Shown: piece by piece, positions 39,990-48,396 of the stretch
Layout: each line of letters begins with the position of its first letter
How positions within the stretch are numbered: the stretch's first letter is position 1
NCBI GenBank assembly: GCA_963717435.1
Contig: OY970332.1
Coordinates: forward strand, 576,001 to 640,000
Origin: an uncultured bacterium
Lineage (GTDB): Bacteria > Babelota > Babeliae > Babelales > Babelaceae
Reading direction: 5' to 3'
DNA: 64,000 nucleotides
Made by a program: the position numbers and the translations under genes
The notes under the pieces: generated by a model
Database searches by the model: none
What the model was told of the DNA's origin: nothing
The model's input: the letters and a program-made list of their open reading frames with translations, nothing else

Positions 39990-40829
39990 TTAATTTTCTT
40001 TGATTATCTCTTTAATTCTCGCAGATGACACTAATGTATAAACTACTCGAGCATCTTTTAATTTTTCGCTGGCAGCGTTGCACATCAAGGACGATAGTAA
40101 TTTGTACGAAGCATAAAGCCCGACGACCGCAGATGTTGCGATTCCAGCTATAAGCGACCATTTTTTTAACTCGATTTCCAAATGCAGTTTTTGTGTAGGA
40201 TTAGACTTTATTTTTGCGATAAATTTTGAGACTGTTTCTAAGCTAGGTTTTGCTTTAACTTCCCCAGCAAAATTCATAAATGTATTATAAAGTCCGGTAG
40301 GCGCCATTTCAGGTTGTTTGAAAGGGACAGTTTTTGGGATGCTTGTTGTTTTTTTACCTTTTTTGTTTTTGAAAAAATTGAAAAATCCATCAACAGCATT
40401 ATCAATTCCATCGCTGATTTCTTGGAAACCCCTATCTACCTCTGACGCTATGTGTTTAATTCCGTTATCTAGTTCTACACTAAATGCCGTTACAGTCGCT
40501 GCGGCTTCAAACTCTTGGTGTTGTTTAAAACAGAAATGCGCTAGTTTGTAAGAACCAGCCATAGTCAAAGCGCTTAGGACAAAATTGACGGAGTCTTTTG
40601 AGCTATAAAGAATGAATTTGCTAGCATTTTGGTAATATGCAACATTATTTTGTGCCGAATTAACTAATAAATTTTTAAGATTTTGATCAAGTTCTTCAAT
40701 TTGGCCGAGCAATTTGCTTGTCTTATTTACATCGCAATTATTAACAGAGGCCAATAACTGTTCTTCTAATACTGAATAACTAAGTGCGTTTGAATATATA
40801 ATCGCAAGTGATAATATTAACTTTTTCAA
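39990..40829 (-). CDS. Secreted hydrophobic-hairpin family protein (distant paralog of 40966/41609)
   Basis: TTG start 40829; YSVLEEQLLASVNNCD resembles YTELENKLFDAINNRD, and LKDARVV...ARIKE resembles LKEAQSVV...AKVKE. Confidence 0.6.
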   Translation of the reverse strand: MKKLILSLAIIYSNALSYSVLEEQLLASVNNCDVNKTSKLLGQIEELDQNLKNLLVNSAQNNVAYYQNASKFILYSSKDSVNFVLSALTMAGSYKLAHFCFKQHQEFEAAATVTAFSVELDNGIKHIASEVDRGFQEISDGIDNAVDGFFNFFKNKKGKKTTSIPKTVPFKQPEMAPTGLYNTFMNFAGEVKAKPSLETVSKFIAKIKSNPTQKLHLEIELKKWSLIAGIATSAVVGLYASYKLLSSLMCNAASEKLKDARVVYTLVSSARIKEIIKEN

Positions 40830-40878
40830 GAGAAACCCCAAATATTTAAAATTTGCTTATAATTCCTATATTTTATTA

Positions 40879-40906
40879 AGTATAACAGCTTGATTTTAGC
40901 AGTCAA
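40879..40906 (-). promoter_or_regulatory. Sigma70-like promoter
   Basis: TTGACT-16-TATACT with extended TG; equivalents at 41521-41548 (TATTCT) and 42216-42243 (TAAACT). Confidence 0.6.
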
Positions 40907-40938
40907 AACCCCCCAACTTTAGATGTTTGGGGGGTTTT
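40905..40938 (-). terminator. Terminator of the 40966 gene
   Basis: AAAACCCCCCAA...TTGGGGGGTTTT. Confidence 0.75.
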
Positions 40939-40965
40939 GTTTATAGTAGTTTTTATTTCTAAAAA

Positions 40966-41472
40966 TTAGTTATGTTTTTCATCTTCTTTAACTTTTGCAT
41001 CGGCTATAACACCAACTACACTTTGAGCCTCTTTTAAGTTTTTGTAAGCCCAAGCGCAATAGTAAGCCTTAAATTTTGCATAGATACCAGTACCAATTAA
41101 CAATGTTGCCAATATTGCAAGACGAGAACTTGCTGAAGATGTCGCGGCTTCTGGACCTATTTTAGCAGAACCGGCGATTCCAAATGCTAAAATTCCGAGA
41201 GCTATGTCCACTGTGCCAAAATAGTTAATCAATTGATCCCCGTAGCTGTGATCTATGTTTGTTGTTGCTTTGTAGTATTTTTTCAAATTCTTTTCAGCTA
41301 CATTGGTTACAGCTTCTTTGAGGTCTTTAGATAATGGTTCAAGTTTAGCAACCAATTCTTTTGCCCATTTCTCATCACGATTATTTATGGCATCAAATAG
41401 TTTATTTTCTAATTCTGTATATCCAAATGCGCTTGAAGCACACAGTAAAGATAGTAAAAGTAATTTTTTCAT
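40966..41472 (-). CDS. Secreted hydrophobic-hairpin family protein, tandem copy A
   Basis: Signal peptide; flanks near-identical to 41609..42118. Confidence 0.75.
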   Translation of the reverse strand: MKKLLLLSLLCASSAFGYTELENKLFDAINNRDEKWAKELVAKLEPLSKDLKEAVTNVAEKNLKKYYKATTNIDHSYGDQLINYFGTVDIALGILAFGIAGSAKIGPEAATSSASSRLAILATLLIGTGIYAKFKAYYCAWAYKNLKEAQSVVGVIADAKVKEDEKHN

Positions 41473-41546
41473 AAAAATCCATTTCTTGTTAAAAAGCCTA
41501 CATTTCCCGATACAATATTAAGAATAACAGATAGATTTTGGCAGTC

Positions 41547-41584
41547 AAAAGCCCCCCAGTTTACAGGTTTGGGGGGCTTTTTTT
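41547..41584 (-). terminator. Terminator of the 41609 gene
   Basis: AAAAGCCCCCCA...TGGGGGGCTTTTT. Confidence 0.75.
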
Positions 41585-41608
41585 ATAGTAATCTCTAATT
41601 TCTAAAAA

Positions 41609-42118
41609 TTAGTCATGTTTTTCATGCTTATTTTCTTCATCTTCTTTAACTTTTGCATCAGCTATAACACCAACTACACTTTGAGCCTGTTTTAAGTTTC
41701 TATAGGCCCAAACGCAATAGGCTGCCTTAACTCTTGCTGTGATACCAAGAGCAATTAATCCCGCTGATACTGCTCCACCAATGGCACCTGCTTCTAGATT
41801 TGCTGTTGCAAGAATGAGAGAACCCATAAATCCTAGAAAGCCAAAAGTTATGCCCGTTTTTCCAAAAGAGTCAATCCATTGATCGCCATAGCTATGCCCC
41901 ATGTTTGTTGTTGCCTTGAAGTATTTTTTCAAACTCTTTTCGGCTACATTGGTTACAGCTTCTTTGAGGTCTTTAGATAATGGTTCAAGTTTAGCAACCA
42001 ATTCTTTTGCCCATTGTGCATCACGATTATTTATGGCATCAAATAGTTTATTTTCTAATTCTGTATATCCAAATACGCTTGAAGTACACAGTAAAGATGT
42101 TAAAAGTAATTTCTTCAT
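41609..42118 (-). CDS. Secreted hydrophobic-hairpin family protein, tandem copy B
   Basis: Paralog of 40966..41472. Confidence 0.75.
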   Translation of the reverse strand: MKKLLLTSLLCTSSVFGYTELENKLFDAINNRDAQWAKELVAKLEPLSKDLKEAVTNVAEKSLKKYFKATTNMGHSYGDQWIDSFGKTGITFGFLGFMGSLILATANLEAGAIGGAVSAGLIALGITARVKAAYCVWAYRNLKQAQSVVGVIADAKVKEDEENKHEKHD

Positions 42119-42248
42119 GAAAGATCCTTATATTTTTGCAATTATTTAATTGCCTTGGTTTCTTGTTTTTTGAAAGTTATTATTTAACCCCAAATTACCT
42201 CTTACTTACAATAAAAGTTTATAGGGCTCAGTTTTTTAGTCAAATGGG

Positions 42249-43371
42249 TGTCCTGGTTCAATACATATGAGACTGGATCTCCCTGTGTTTAAGTTTCTCA
42301 AAACACTCGTTTGGGGTCAAATACCCCACCCCCTGATGGGGCCTAATTTTGTTGTAAAATTCAACAAAATCTTGAAGTGAAGCTTGTAGATTTTCCAGGT
42401 TTGGTGGACCATCATACTGGCTATAAAACTCGTATTTAAAGGTTCCATTGCCACGTTCAACGTTTCCATTATATTCGGGAGATTTAGGGGGAAGAACCCA
42501 TAAAGGGATGTTAAGTTTTTGGCATAAAGCCTCGAAGTCCGCCATAAATTCACCTCCACCATCAACCTGGGCAGATTTAATTGGGAATGGAAATTCTTGT
42601 ATTGCAAACTGAAGAAAGTCAGCCCCATTGCGACTATTGGCTTCTTTGTAAACTTTTTCCACAGCGATTTTAGTTGTAGGACATATAGCGCTAAATTGCT
42701 TTAAATAGCCTATTCCCGGAACATTAATTGTCATGTGATCAAACTGAACTAGCTCACCAGGAGAACCTGATTTCATGCCTAGCTTCCAACGTTTTGCATG
42801 GCCATTGAATATTCTATTTTTAGAGATTTTTTTGTTGCACAAGAAGTTAACTGGCTGGATTCTATTTTGTCTTACAAATTTCTGGATAATTCGACCAATA
42901 GTGCTTACTGACAACTTTTTTCCATACATGCGTTCATACATTACAGCTATTTTTGCTTTTCCCCATAGCTTGTATTTTTTACGCAATATGTAAATTCTCT
43001 GCTCCTGTTCTTTTGTCCAAGCAGACTTTCGAACATTATTTGGCCGCTTGCTTTGATTCTCTAAACCTTCAAGTCCATGCAATTTATATTGTTTTTTCCA
43101 ACGAAATAGGGTTGATCGAGGAACATCTAACACATTAAATATTGTATCATTCAAAACGCCTTCTGCCCTGAGTAGATCGTATTTCTCAAGCTTTTCTTTG
43201 CGTTCCCAAACAACCTTAGAATATTCAGTTTCATCTATGTTGTTTATGTGATAATATCTTTTACTAATGATACTAGTTTGTATCATAATGGATCTCCTTT
43301 AGAAAAATTGAACTGTTTCTTGGAGATCCATTTTAGTTTATTTTAGTCTCATATGTATATGAACCTGAACA
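42249..43371 (-). mobile_element. IS481-like insertion sequence, copy 1 (1123 bp)
   Basis: TGT...ACA ends; imperfect IRs TGTCCTGGTTCAATACATATGAGACT / AGTCTCATATGTATATGAACCTGAACA; 5-bp TSD ATGGG (42244-42248, 43372-43376). Confidence 0.92.
42258..43286 (-). CDS. DDE (rve) transposase, IS481-like
   Basis: HTH (VPRSTLFRWKK), QFDH, QVDGGGEF, NGNVERGN and YNKIRPHQG...TP. Confidence 0.92.
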   Translation of the reverse strand: MIQTSIISKRYYHINNIDETEYSKVVWERKEKLEKYDLLRAEGVLNDTIFNVLDVPRSTLFRWKKQYKLHGLEGLENQSKRPNNVRKSAWTKEQEQRIYILRKKYKLWGKAKIAVMYERMYGKKLSVSTIGRIIQKFVRQNRIQPVNFLCNKKISKNRIFNGHAKRWKLGMKSGSPGELVQFDHMTINVPGIGYLKQFSAICPTTKIAVEKVYKEANSRNGADFLQFAIQEFPFPIKSAQVDGGGEFMADFEALCQKLNIPLWVLPPKSPEYNGNVERGNGTFKYEFYSQYDGPPNLENLQASLQDFVEFYNKIRPHQGVGYLTPNECFEKLKHREIQSHMY

Positions 43372-43480
43372 ATGGGGGGGGTGGTGTTAATAATTTTTTG
43401 TATTCAAAAATGACTTAAAAAATGTTATAATAATATCTGTTAATTGGTATGTTTGTGTTACTTTTTTATGGGAGTTAACC

Positions 43481-44119
43481 ATGAATAAACTTAATAACCT
43501 ATTTATGATTCTTTTAAGTGCCAATTCTGGCGCAGTTCTTGCAAAAGATGACAAAAATCAAGAAGCTCAGGTTAAGAGCGAGATTATTGACGATTTAGAC
43601 ACAGTTTTTCGAAATCATTTTGAAGAAACTGAAAATATGTTTCAAAAAATGCGTGAAGCACATGAAAAAATGTTTCAAACTATGTTTGATGATTTTAATT
43701 CAGAATCTGTTTCTAAGTCTAAAATAAAAGAAGGGCTCAAAGTTAGTGTCACCCAAGATGATAAATACGTTTTTGTAAAACTTCTAACAGAAGTTGAAGA
43801 TGCAAGTTTGATTAAAGTGGATTCAGAAGAGGGTGTCTTAACAGCTATAATTCCTGCAAAAGATGGCGACATTAAGATAAATATTAATGGCATCTATTTG
43901 AAAGTTAGAGCAAGAAAAGAATCCCGCAAAGAAGAAAAAGACAAAGATGGAAAAGTTGTTTCAAGCTTTGTTGAGTTTGGTAACGTTTCTCAGGATCAAG
44001 TTTTGCCAGCCAAAGTTGATGTGAATAATGTTGAAGCTTCTTACAACAAAGAGAATAATGAATTTACTTTGAAAATCGAAAAAAAAGAAAAAAAATCTAT
44101 TGTTGTTACAACAAAATAG
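43481..44119 (+). CDS. Hsp20/alpha-crystallin-like protein with signal peptide
   Basis: Signal peptide, Met/Phe-rich helix and C-terminal LPAKVDVNNVEASY...FTLKIEK. Confidence 0.6.
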   Translation: MNKLNNLFMILLSANSGAVLAKDDKNQEAQVKSEIIDDLDTVFRNHFEETENMFQKMREAHEKMFQTMFDDFNSESVSKSKIKEGLKVSVTQDDKYVFVKLLTEVEDASLIKVDSEEGVLTAIIPAKDGDIKININGIYLKVRARKESRKEEKDKDGKVVSSFVEFGNVSQDQVLPAKVDVNNVEASYNKENNEFTLKIEKKEKKSIVVTTK

Positions 44120-44153
44120 TTATACTTTTATAAGAGTTTGGTAGTAGTTTTTG

Positions 44154-44196
44154 CGGCCCGGATGTTCTTCTTGAACTCCAGGCCGAATTTTTTTTA
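44154..44196 (+). terminator. Probable terminator
   Basis: CGGCC...GGCCG imperfect stem followed by a T-run. Confidence 0.5.
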
Positions 44197-44232
44197 GATT
44201 GTTTGTTTTAATTTTAAGCTTGAGGTGTAATT

Positions 44233-45411
44233 GTGAATAATTTTCGTACATGGTTAGAGCTTAATACTGCACAATATATCGATAATTTAAAACAGATTAA
44301 AAATTTAGTTGGCGATGCAAAACTTGCTGTTGTTTTAAAAAGCAATGCTTACGGTCATGGGATGGTTGAAATAGCAAAGCTTAGTGATAACATAGATTTT
44401 GTTGAATATATTTGCACAGCAGGAACTAACGAGGCTTTGCAGTTGCGTTCTGCCGGCATAAAAAAACCGTTGCTTGCACTTTCTTATATTGATTCTGATC
44501 ATAAAAAATCTATAGAACAAGAGATCGATTTGGTTGTTTATGACATAAACACCGCCAAAGATATTTCGCGCATTGCATCAGAACTGTTCAAGGTTGCAAA
44601 TATACATATAAAAATTGACACTGGAATGACACGCTTTGGTGTCAAATACGATCAAGCGCTGCAATTTATAAAAACTGTAAAAGCGATGCCATTTATAAAT
44701 ATTAATGGTATATATACTCATCTTAGCGATACTGATAGCCAAGATATTTGGTTCTCTCAAACTCAAATGGATAATTTTGACAAAGTTTTGGATCAACTGG
44801 ATCAAGAAAATATTTATATACCGTATACACATGTTCAGGCTTCAGGCGCATTAGGCTTTGAAACAAAAAGAAAATATTCCATGGTCAGAGTCGGCGGATT
44901 ACTTTATGGCATGTATAAATCTGATTTACATAAATCGCGCATACTGAGCAAAGATCTGGCCCTAAAATTAAAAACTATTATGACCTGGAAAACTCGTATA
45001 TTTCAGATAAAAACAGTAGAAGCTGAAAACTATATCGGTTATAATAGAGCGTTCAAAACGACAAAATTAACTAGGGTTGCGATTCTGCCAATAGGCTATG
45101 TAGATGGGTTTCCAAGGGCATTTTCCAATAATGGCTTTGTTATAATTAATAATAAAAGAGCCCAAATTTTGGGAATAGTTAGCATGAATGTTTTTACGGT
45201 TGATATAACAGATATTCCTGAAGCAAAAATTAATGACGAAGTTATTTTGTTGGGCAATATTCAAGGGATAAGACCCGAAGATCTAGCAAATAGGGCCGGG
45301 ACAATCAATAACGAAATAACCACAAGAATCAATGCAAGCCTTGAAAGAGTTATAGTTCCAAATTTTTCTGTAAATTTAGAATTACAAAATAATAGAGAGA
45401 AAATAATCTAA
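44233..45411 (+). CDS. alr: Alanine racemase
   Basis: VVLKSNAYGHG (PLP Lys), HIKIDTGMTRFG and PIGYVDG. Confidence 0.95.
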   Translation: MNNFRTWLELNTAQYIDNLKQIKNLVGDAKLAVVLKSNAYGHGMVEIAKLSDNIDFVEYICTAGTNEALQLRSAGIKKPLLALSYIDSDHKKSIEQEIDLVVYDINTAKDISRIASELFKVANIHIKIDTGMTRFGVKYDQALQFIKTVKAMPFININGIYTHLSDTDSQDIWFSQTQMDNFDKVLDQLDQENIYIPYTHVQASGALGFETKRKYSMVRVGGLLYGMYKSDLHKSRILSKDLALKLKTIMTWKTRIFQIKTVEAENYIGYNRAFKTTKLTRVAILPIGYVDGFPRAFSNNGFVIINNKRAQILGIVSMNVFTVDITDIPEAKINDEVILLGNIQGIRPEDLANRAGTINNEITTRINASLERVIVPNFSVNLELQNNREKII

Positions 45412-46076
45412 TGTTTATCGTTGAAGGAAATATTGGCGTAGGAAAATCTACATTTTTGCGATTGGTATCAGAGCATTTAAAAAATGTTTCAGTTTCTCTG
45501 GAGCCTCTTAACGATTGGCAAAAGAACATTGGCGGGGTTAATATTCTGGATAATTTTTATTCTGATCCACAAAGATGGGCTTATACATTCGAGACCTTAA
45601 CTTTAATGTCACGAGTTAAAGGGTATCTTTTTGAGCAAGAAAATAGTAATAAATTACACATGGTCGAAAGATCAATTTATTCTGGTCATTATTGCTTTGC
45701 GAAAAACTGCCATGAAACAGGTTTGTTATCAGATATAGAATATAATATCTATCTAGAGTTTTTTAATTTGCTTGTTAACAAAAAATGTAAAATACCGACG
45801 GGATTTATCTATCTTAAAGTTAGCCCAGAAATTGCGCTCGAACGTATTAAAAAGCGCAGCAGGTCAGCAGAAAATCTTATCCCACTAAGTTATATTGAAC
45901 AAATCGATCAAAAGCATGAACAGTTTCTGATTCAAAAATCGGGCATTATTGAAGAATTAAAAACTGTTCCGGTATTAGTTTTAGACTGTGACATAGAGTT
46001 TGAGAATAACCCACAGAGACTCCGCCAAGTGTGCGACGAAGTACAAGACTTTATGCTTTCAAGTTCAAGATATTAA
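45411..46076 (+). CDS. Deoxynucleoside kinase (dCK/dGK family)
   Basis: VEGNIGVGKST, EP..W, ERSIYS and RIKKRSRSAE. Confidence 0.92.
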   Translation: MFIVEGNIGVGKSTFLRLVSEHLKNVSVSLEPLNDWQKNIGGVNILDNFYSDPQRWAYTFETLTLMSRVKGYLFEQENSNKLHMVERSIYSGHYCFAKNCHETGLLSDIEYNIYLEFFNLLVNKKCKIPTGFIYLKVSPEIALERIKKRSRSAENLIPLSYIEQIDQKHEQFLIQKSGIIEELKTVPVLVLDCDIEFENNPQRLRQVCDEVQDFMLSSSRY

Positions 46077-46083
46077 ACTCCGC

Positions 46084-46311
46084 CATCCCTCGTCGATACA
46101 CCCGTCACCTGATCCCGCGCTCGCCCTGAGTGTTTTTCGAACAAAGTGAGAAAAATGTATCGAAGGGTGCCAGACACAGCGGGACGAGCGGTATATAACC
46201 GCAACAACACGCCCAACTGACTAAGAATCAGAACTCAAAACTTAGATTAACACGCCGCTCGTCCCGAGTGTTTTTTAAGCGCATTGCGCGAAAAAAATGT
46301 ATCGAGGGATG
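46084..46311. repeat. Palindromic element family A, intergenic copy with nested extra arm
   Basis: CATCCCTCG(TCG)ATACA...CGGGACGAGCGG [spacer] CCGCTCGTCCCGAGTG...TGTATCGAGGGATG; extra arm CGCTCGCCCTGAGTG...TGTATCGAAGGG at 46118-46167. Confidence 0.9.
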
Positions 46312-46316
46312 CGGTG

Positions 46317-47513
46317 TTAAGTTAACTTATAAAATTTGTGTTTGCCCACTTTTAAGTGCATACCGTCTTTAAGATTAACCACAGCTTTAAAGTCAGTTAT
46401 TTTTTCACCGTTGAGCGTCACCGCTCCTGCTTCGATTAGTCTTTTTGCGTCAGAAGAGCTCATCTTGGGATCTAAAAATCTTAAAAAATCAACTATCCAA
46501 GTGGGTTTGTTTGCAAAATCTCCAAGTGCAATATACTCAGCGTGTTCGAAGCTTCCATCACGTTTCTGGAACAATTCTTCAAACGAGATTTTTGCCTCAT
46601 CTGCTTCAGGCTTTGACCAAAATCTTTCTACAATATCATGCGCCATAGATTTTTTTAGATCCATGGGATGTATTTTCCCTGAAGATATTTCTTGCTTCAT
46701 AGAAGCTATTTCTTTTTTTGTTTTATTTAATAATAACTCAAAATATGTCCACATAAGATCGTCAGAGATTGACATAAGTTTTCCAAAAGCAGAGTTTGCT
46801 GGCTCAAACAGGCCCACATAATTGCCATAAGATTTGGACATTTTTTGAACGCCATCAAGCCCAACCAATAGTGGCATAGTGATAACAACTTGGGGTTCTT
46901 GGCCGTATTGCTCTTGCAGATATCTTCCCATCAAATTATTAAAAGTTTGGTCAGTACCGCCAAACTCAATATCAGAATGTAGAGCCACAGAATCGTAACC
47001 CTGCATTAATGGATATAAAAGTTCGTGGAACCCAATTGTAACTTTTTCTTTTAATCTTTTTTCAAAGTCGTCACGCTCAATAATTCTTGAGAGAGTAACT
47101 TTGCCACAAAGTTTAACAAAATCTTTTATTGTTAATTTATCCAGCCATTCACTATTTCTTACTATTTTTGTTTTTTTAATATCTAATATTTTGCCAACTT
47201 GTTCTATGTAAGTTTTTGCATGCTCTTCAATTTCTTGTTCAGTCAGCGCAGGACGTGTTTTTGATCTTCCTGTTGGGTCGCCAATTCGAGCCGTAAAATC
47301 ACCAATAATTAAAATTATTTCATGCCCGTAATCTTGAAAAACTTTTAATTTAGAAAGCACAACAGCATGACCAAGATGTAAATCAGGAGATGTAGGATCC
47401 ATCCCAAGTTTAACTTTTAAGGGTTTGTTTTTAGCGAGTTTTTTTTCAAGTTCACCAGCGGGCAAAACTTCATGCGCCCCGGCGATCAATTTTTCCAAAT
47501 TTTGTTCTATCAT
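46317..47513 (-). CDS. tyrS: Tyrosine--tRNA ligase
   Basis: DPTSPDLHLGH, YPLMQGYDSVAL, GGTDQ, KMSKS and C-terminal S4-like domain. Confidence 0.97.
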   Translation of the reverse strand: MIEQNLEKLIAGAHEVLPAGELEKKLAKNKPLKVKLGMDPTSPDLHLGHAVVLSKLKVFQDYGHEIILIIGDFTARIGDPTGRSKTRPALTEQEIEEHAKTYIEQVGKILDIKKTKIVRNSEWLDKLTIKDFVKLCGKVTLSRIIERDDFEKRLKEKVTIGFHELLYPLMQGYDSVALHSDIEFGGTDQTFNNLMGRYLQEQYGQEPQVVITMPLLVGLDGVQKMSKSYGNYVGLFEPANSAFGKLMSISDDLMWTYFELLLNKTKKEIASMKQEISSGKIHPMDLKKSMAHDIVERFWSKPEADEAKISFEELFQKRDGSFEHAEYIALGDFANKPTWIVDFLRFLDPKMSSSDAKRLIEAGAVTLNGEKITDFKAVVNLKDGMHLKVGKHKFYKLT

Positions 47514-48226
47514 GAAACACCAAATAAGGTAGCGATTAGGGCCGCCGTTATAAATATTAACTGTATCAAGTAAAATCTTATTGCCGAAGAGAATAAAAAT
47601 ATCGCAAGTAATGGCGCCAACACAACAAGATAATCAACATATTCCATATAACTGTATTCTTTATCTATTCCCAAAAACAGAAAGAATCTCAAGCCATTAA
47701 CTATAATACTTAATGTTGCCATAAATACGTTAAAGAAAACAAATGCGACAAGAATCAGAGCAAGCCCGATATATAAAGAAGAGTGTCCAAGATAGCTATG
47801 ACTCAGCTCATAAACTGGTACGCTTTCAGATACCATCATTTGCAAAACAAATCTTAACGAACTTAAGTCAAAAATAGACACAAGCGCAACAAGAGAAACT
47901 ATAGCAATTAATACACTGATTATGGCTTCAGAACAGAATAATAGTACAACTTTGAGCATTCTGGCGCGGCCATGAATATGCATAGGGTTAAATGGAATAG
48001 ATCTGCCCCACCCGAATTTTGTTAGCAGAAGTAGAAAAAATCCAAGCGGATGAAAGTGAGCCACCGGGTTTAATGTTAAAAACCCAGCCTGTTCGGGGGT
48101 GTCGTCACCCATTTTTTTTGCTATATAAGATTGCAAAAAGCCGTTCAGAGAGGTAGATATGATATAGACAAATATAAGGGAAATTATTGTTGCCATCTGT
48201 TCGGCAAACTGTAAGTTCATGAACAT
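47510..48226 (-). CDS. Site-2 protease (M50)-like membrane protein lacking catalytic motifs
   Basis: MGDDTPEQAGFLTLNPVAHFHP and FGWGRSIPFNP match M50B proteins, but the HExxH position reads NGFLQ. Confidence 0.7.
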   Translation of the reverse strand: MFMNLQFAEQMATIISLIFVYIISTSLNGFLQSYIAKKMGDDTPEQAGFLTLNPVAHFHPLGFFLLLLTKFGWGRSIPFNPMHIHGRARMLKVVLLFCSEAIISVLIAIVSLVALVSIFDLSSLRFVLQMMVSESVPVYELSHSYLGHSSLYIGLALILVAFVFFNVFMATLSIIVNGLRFFLFLGIDKEYSYMEYVDYLVVLAPLLAIFLFSSAIRFYLIQLIFITAALIATLFGVS

Positions 48227-48396
48227 ATTTTAAATCTGACAGTTTTAAATAGATTATAAGCATCGAATTTAACAAAATTAAGTCTAGATTAATTTGTTTT
48301 GCCGGTCAATTAGTCAATTACCATAGGTTCTGGTATAACTTTTAAAAATATATTAATATGCGATTTCGAACCGGGCTTTAAAAATTGGGAGAAATT

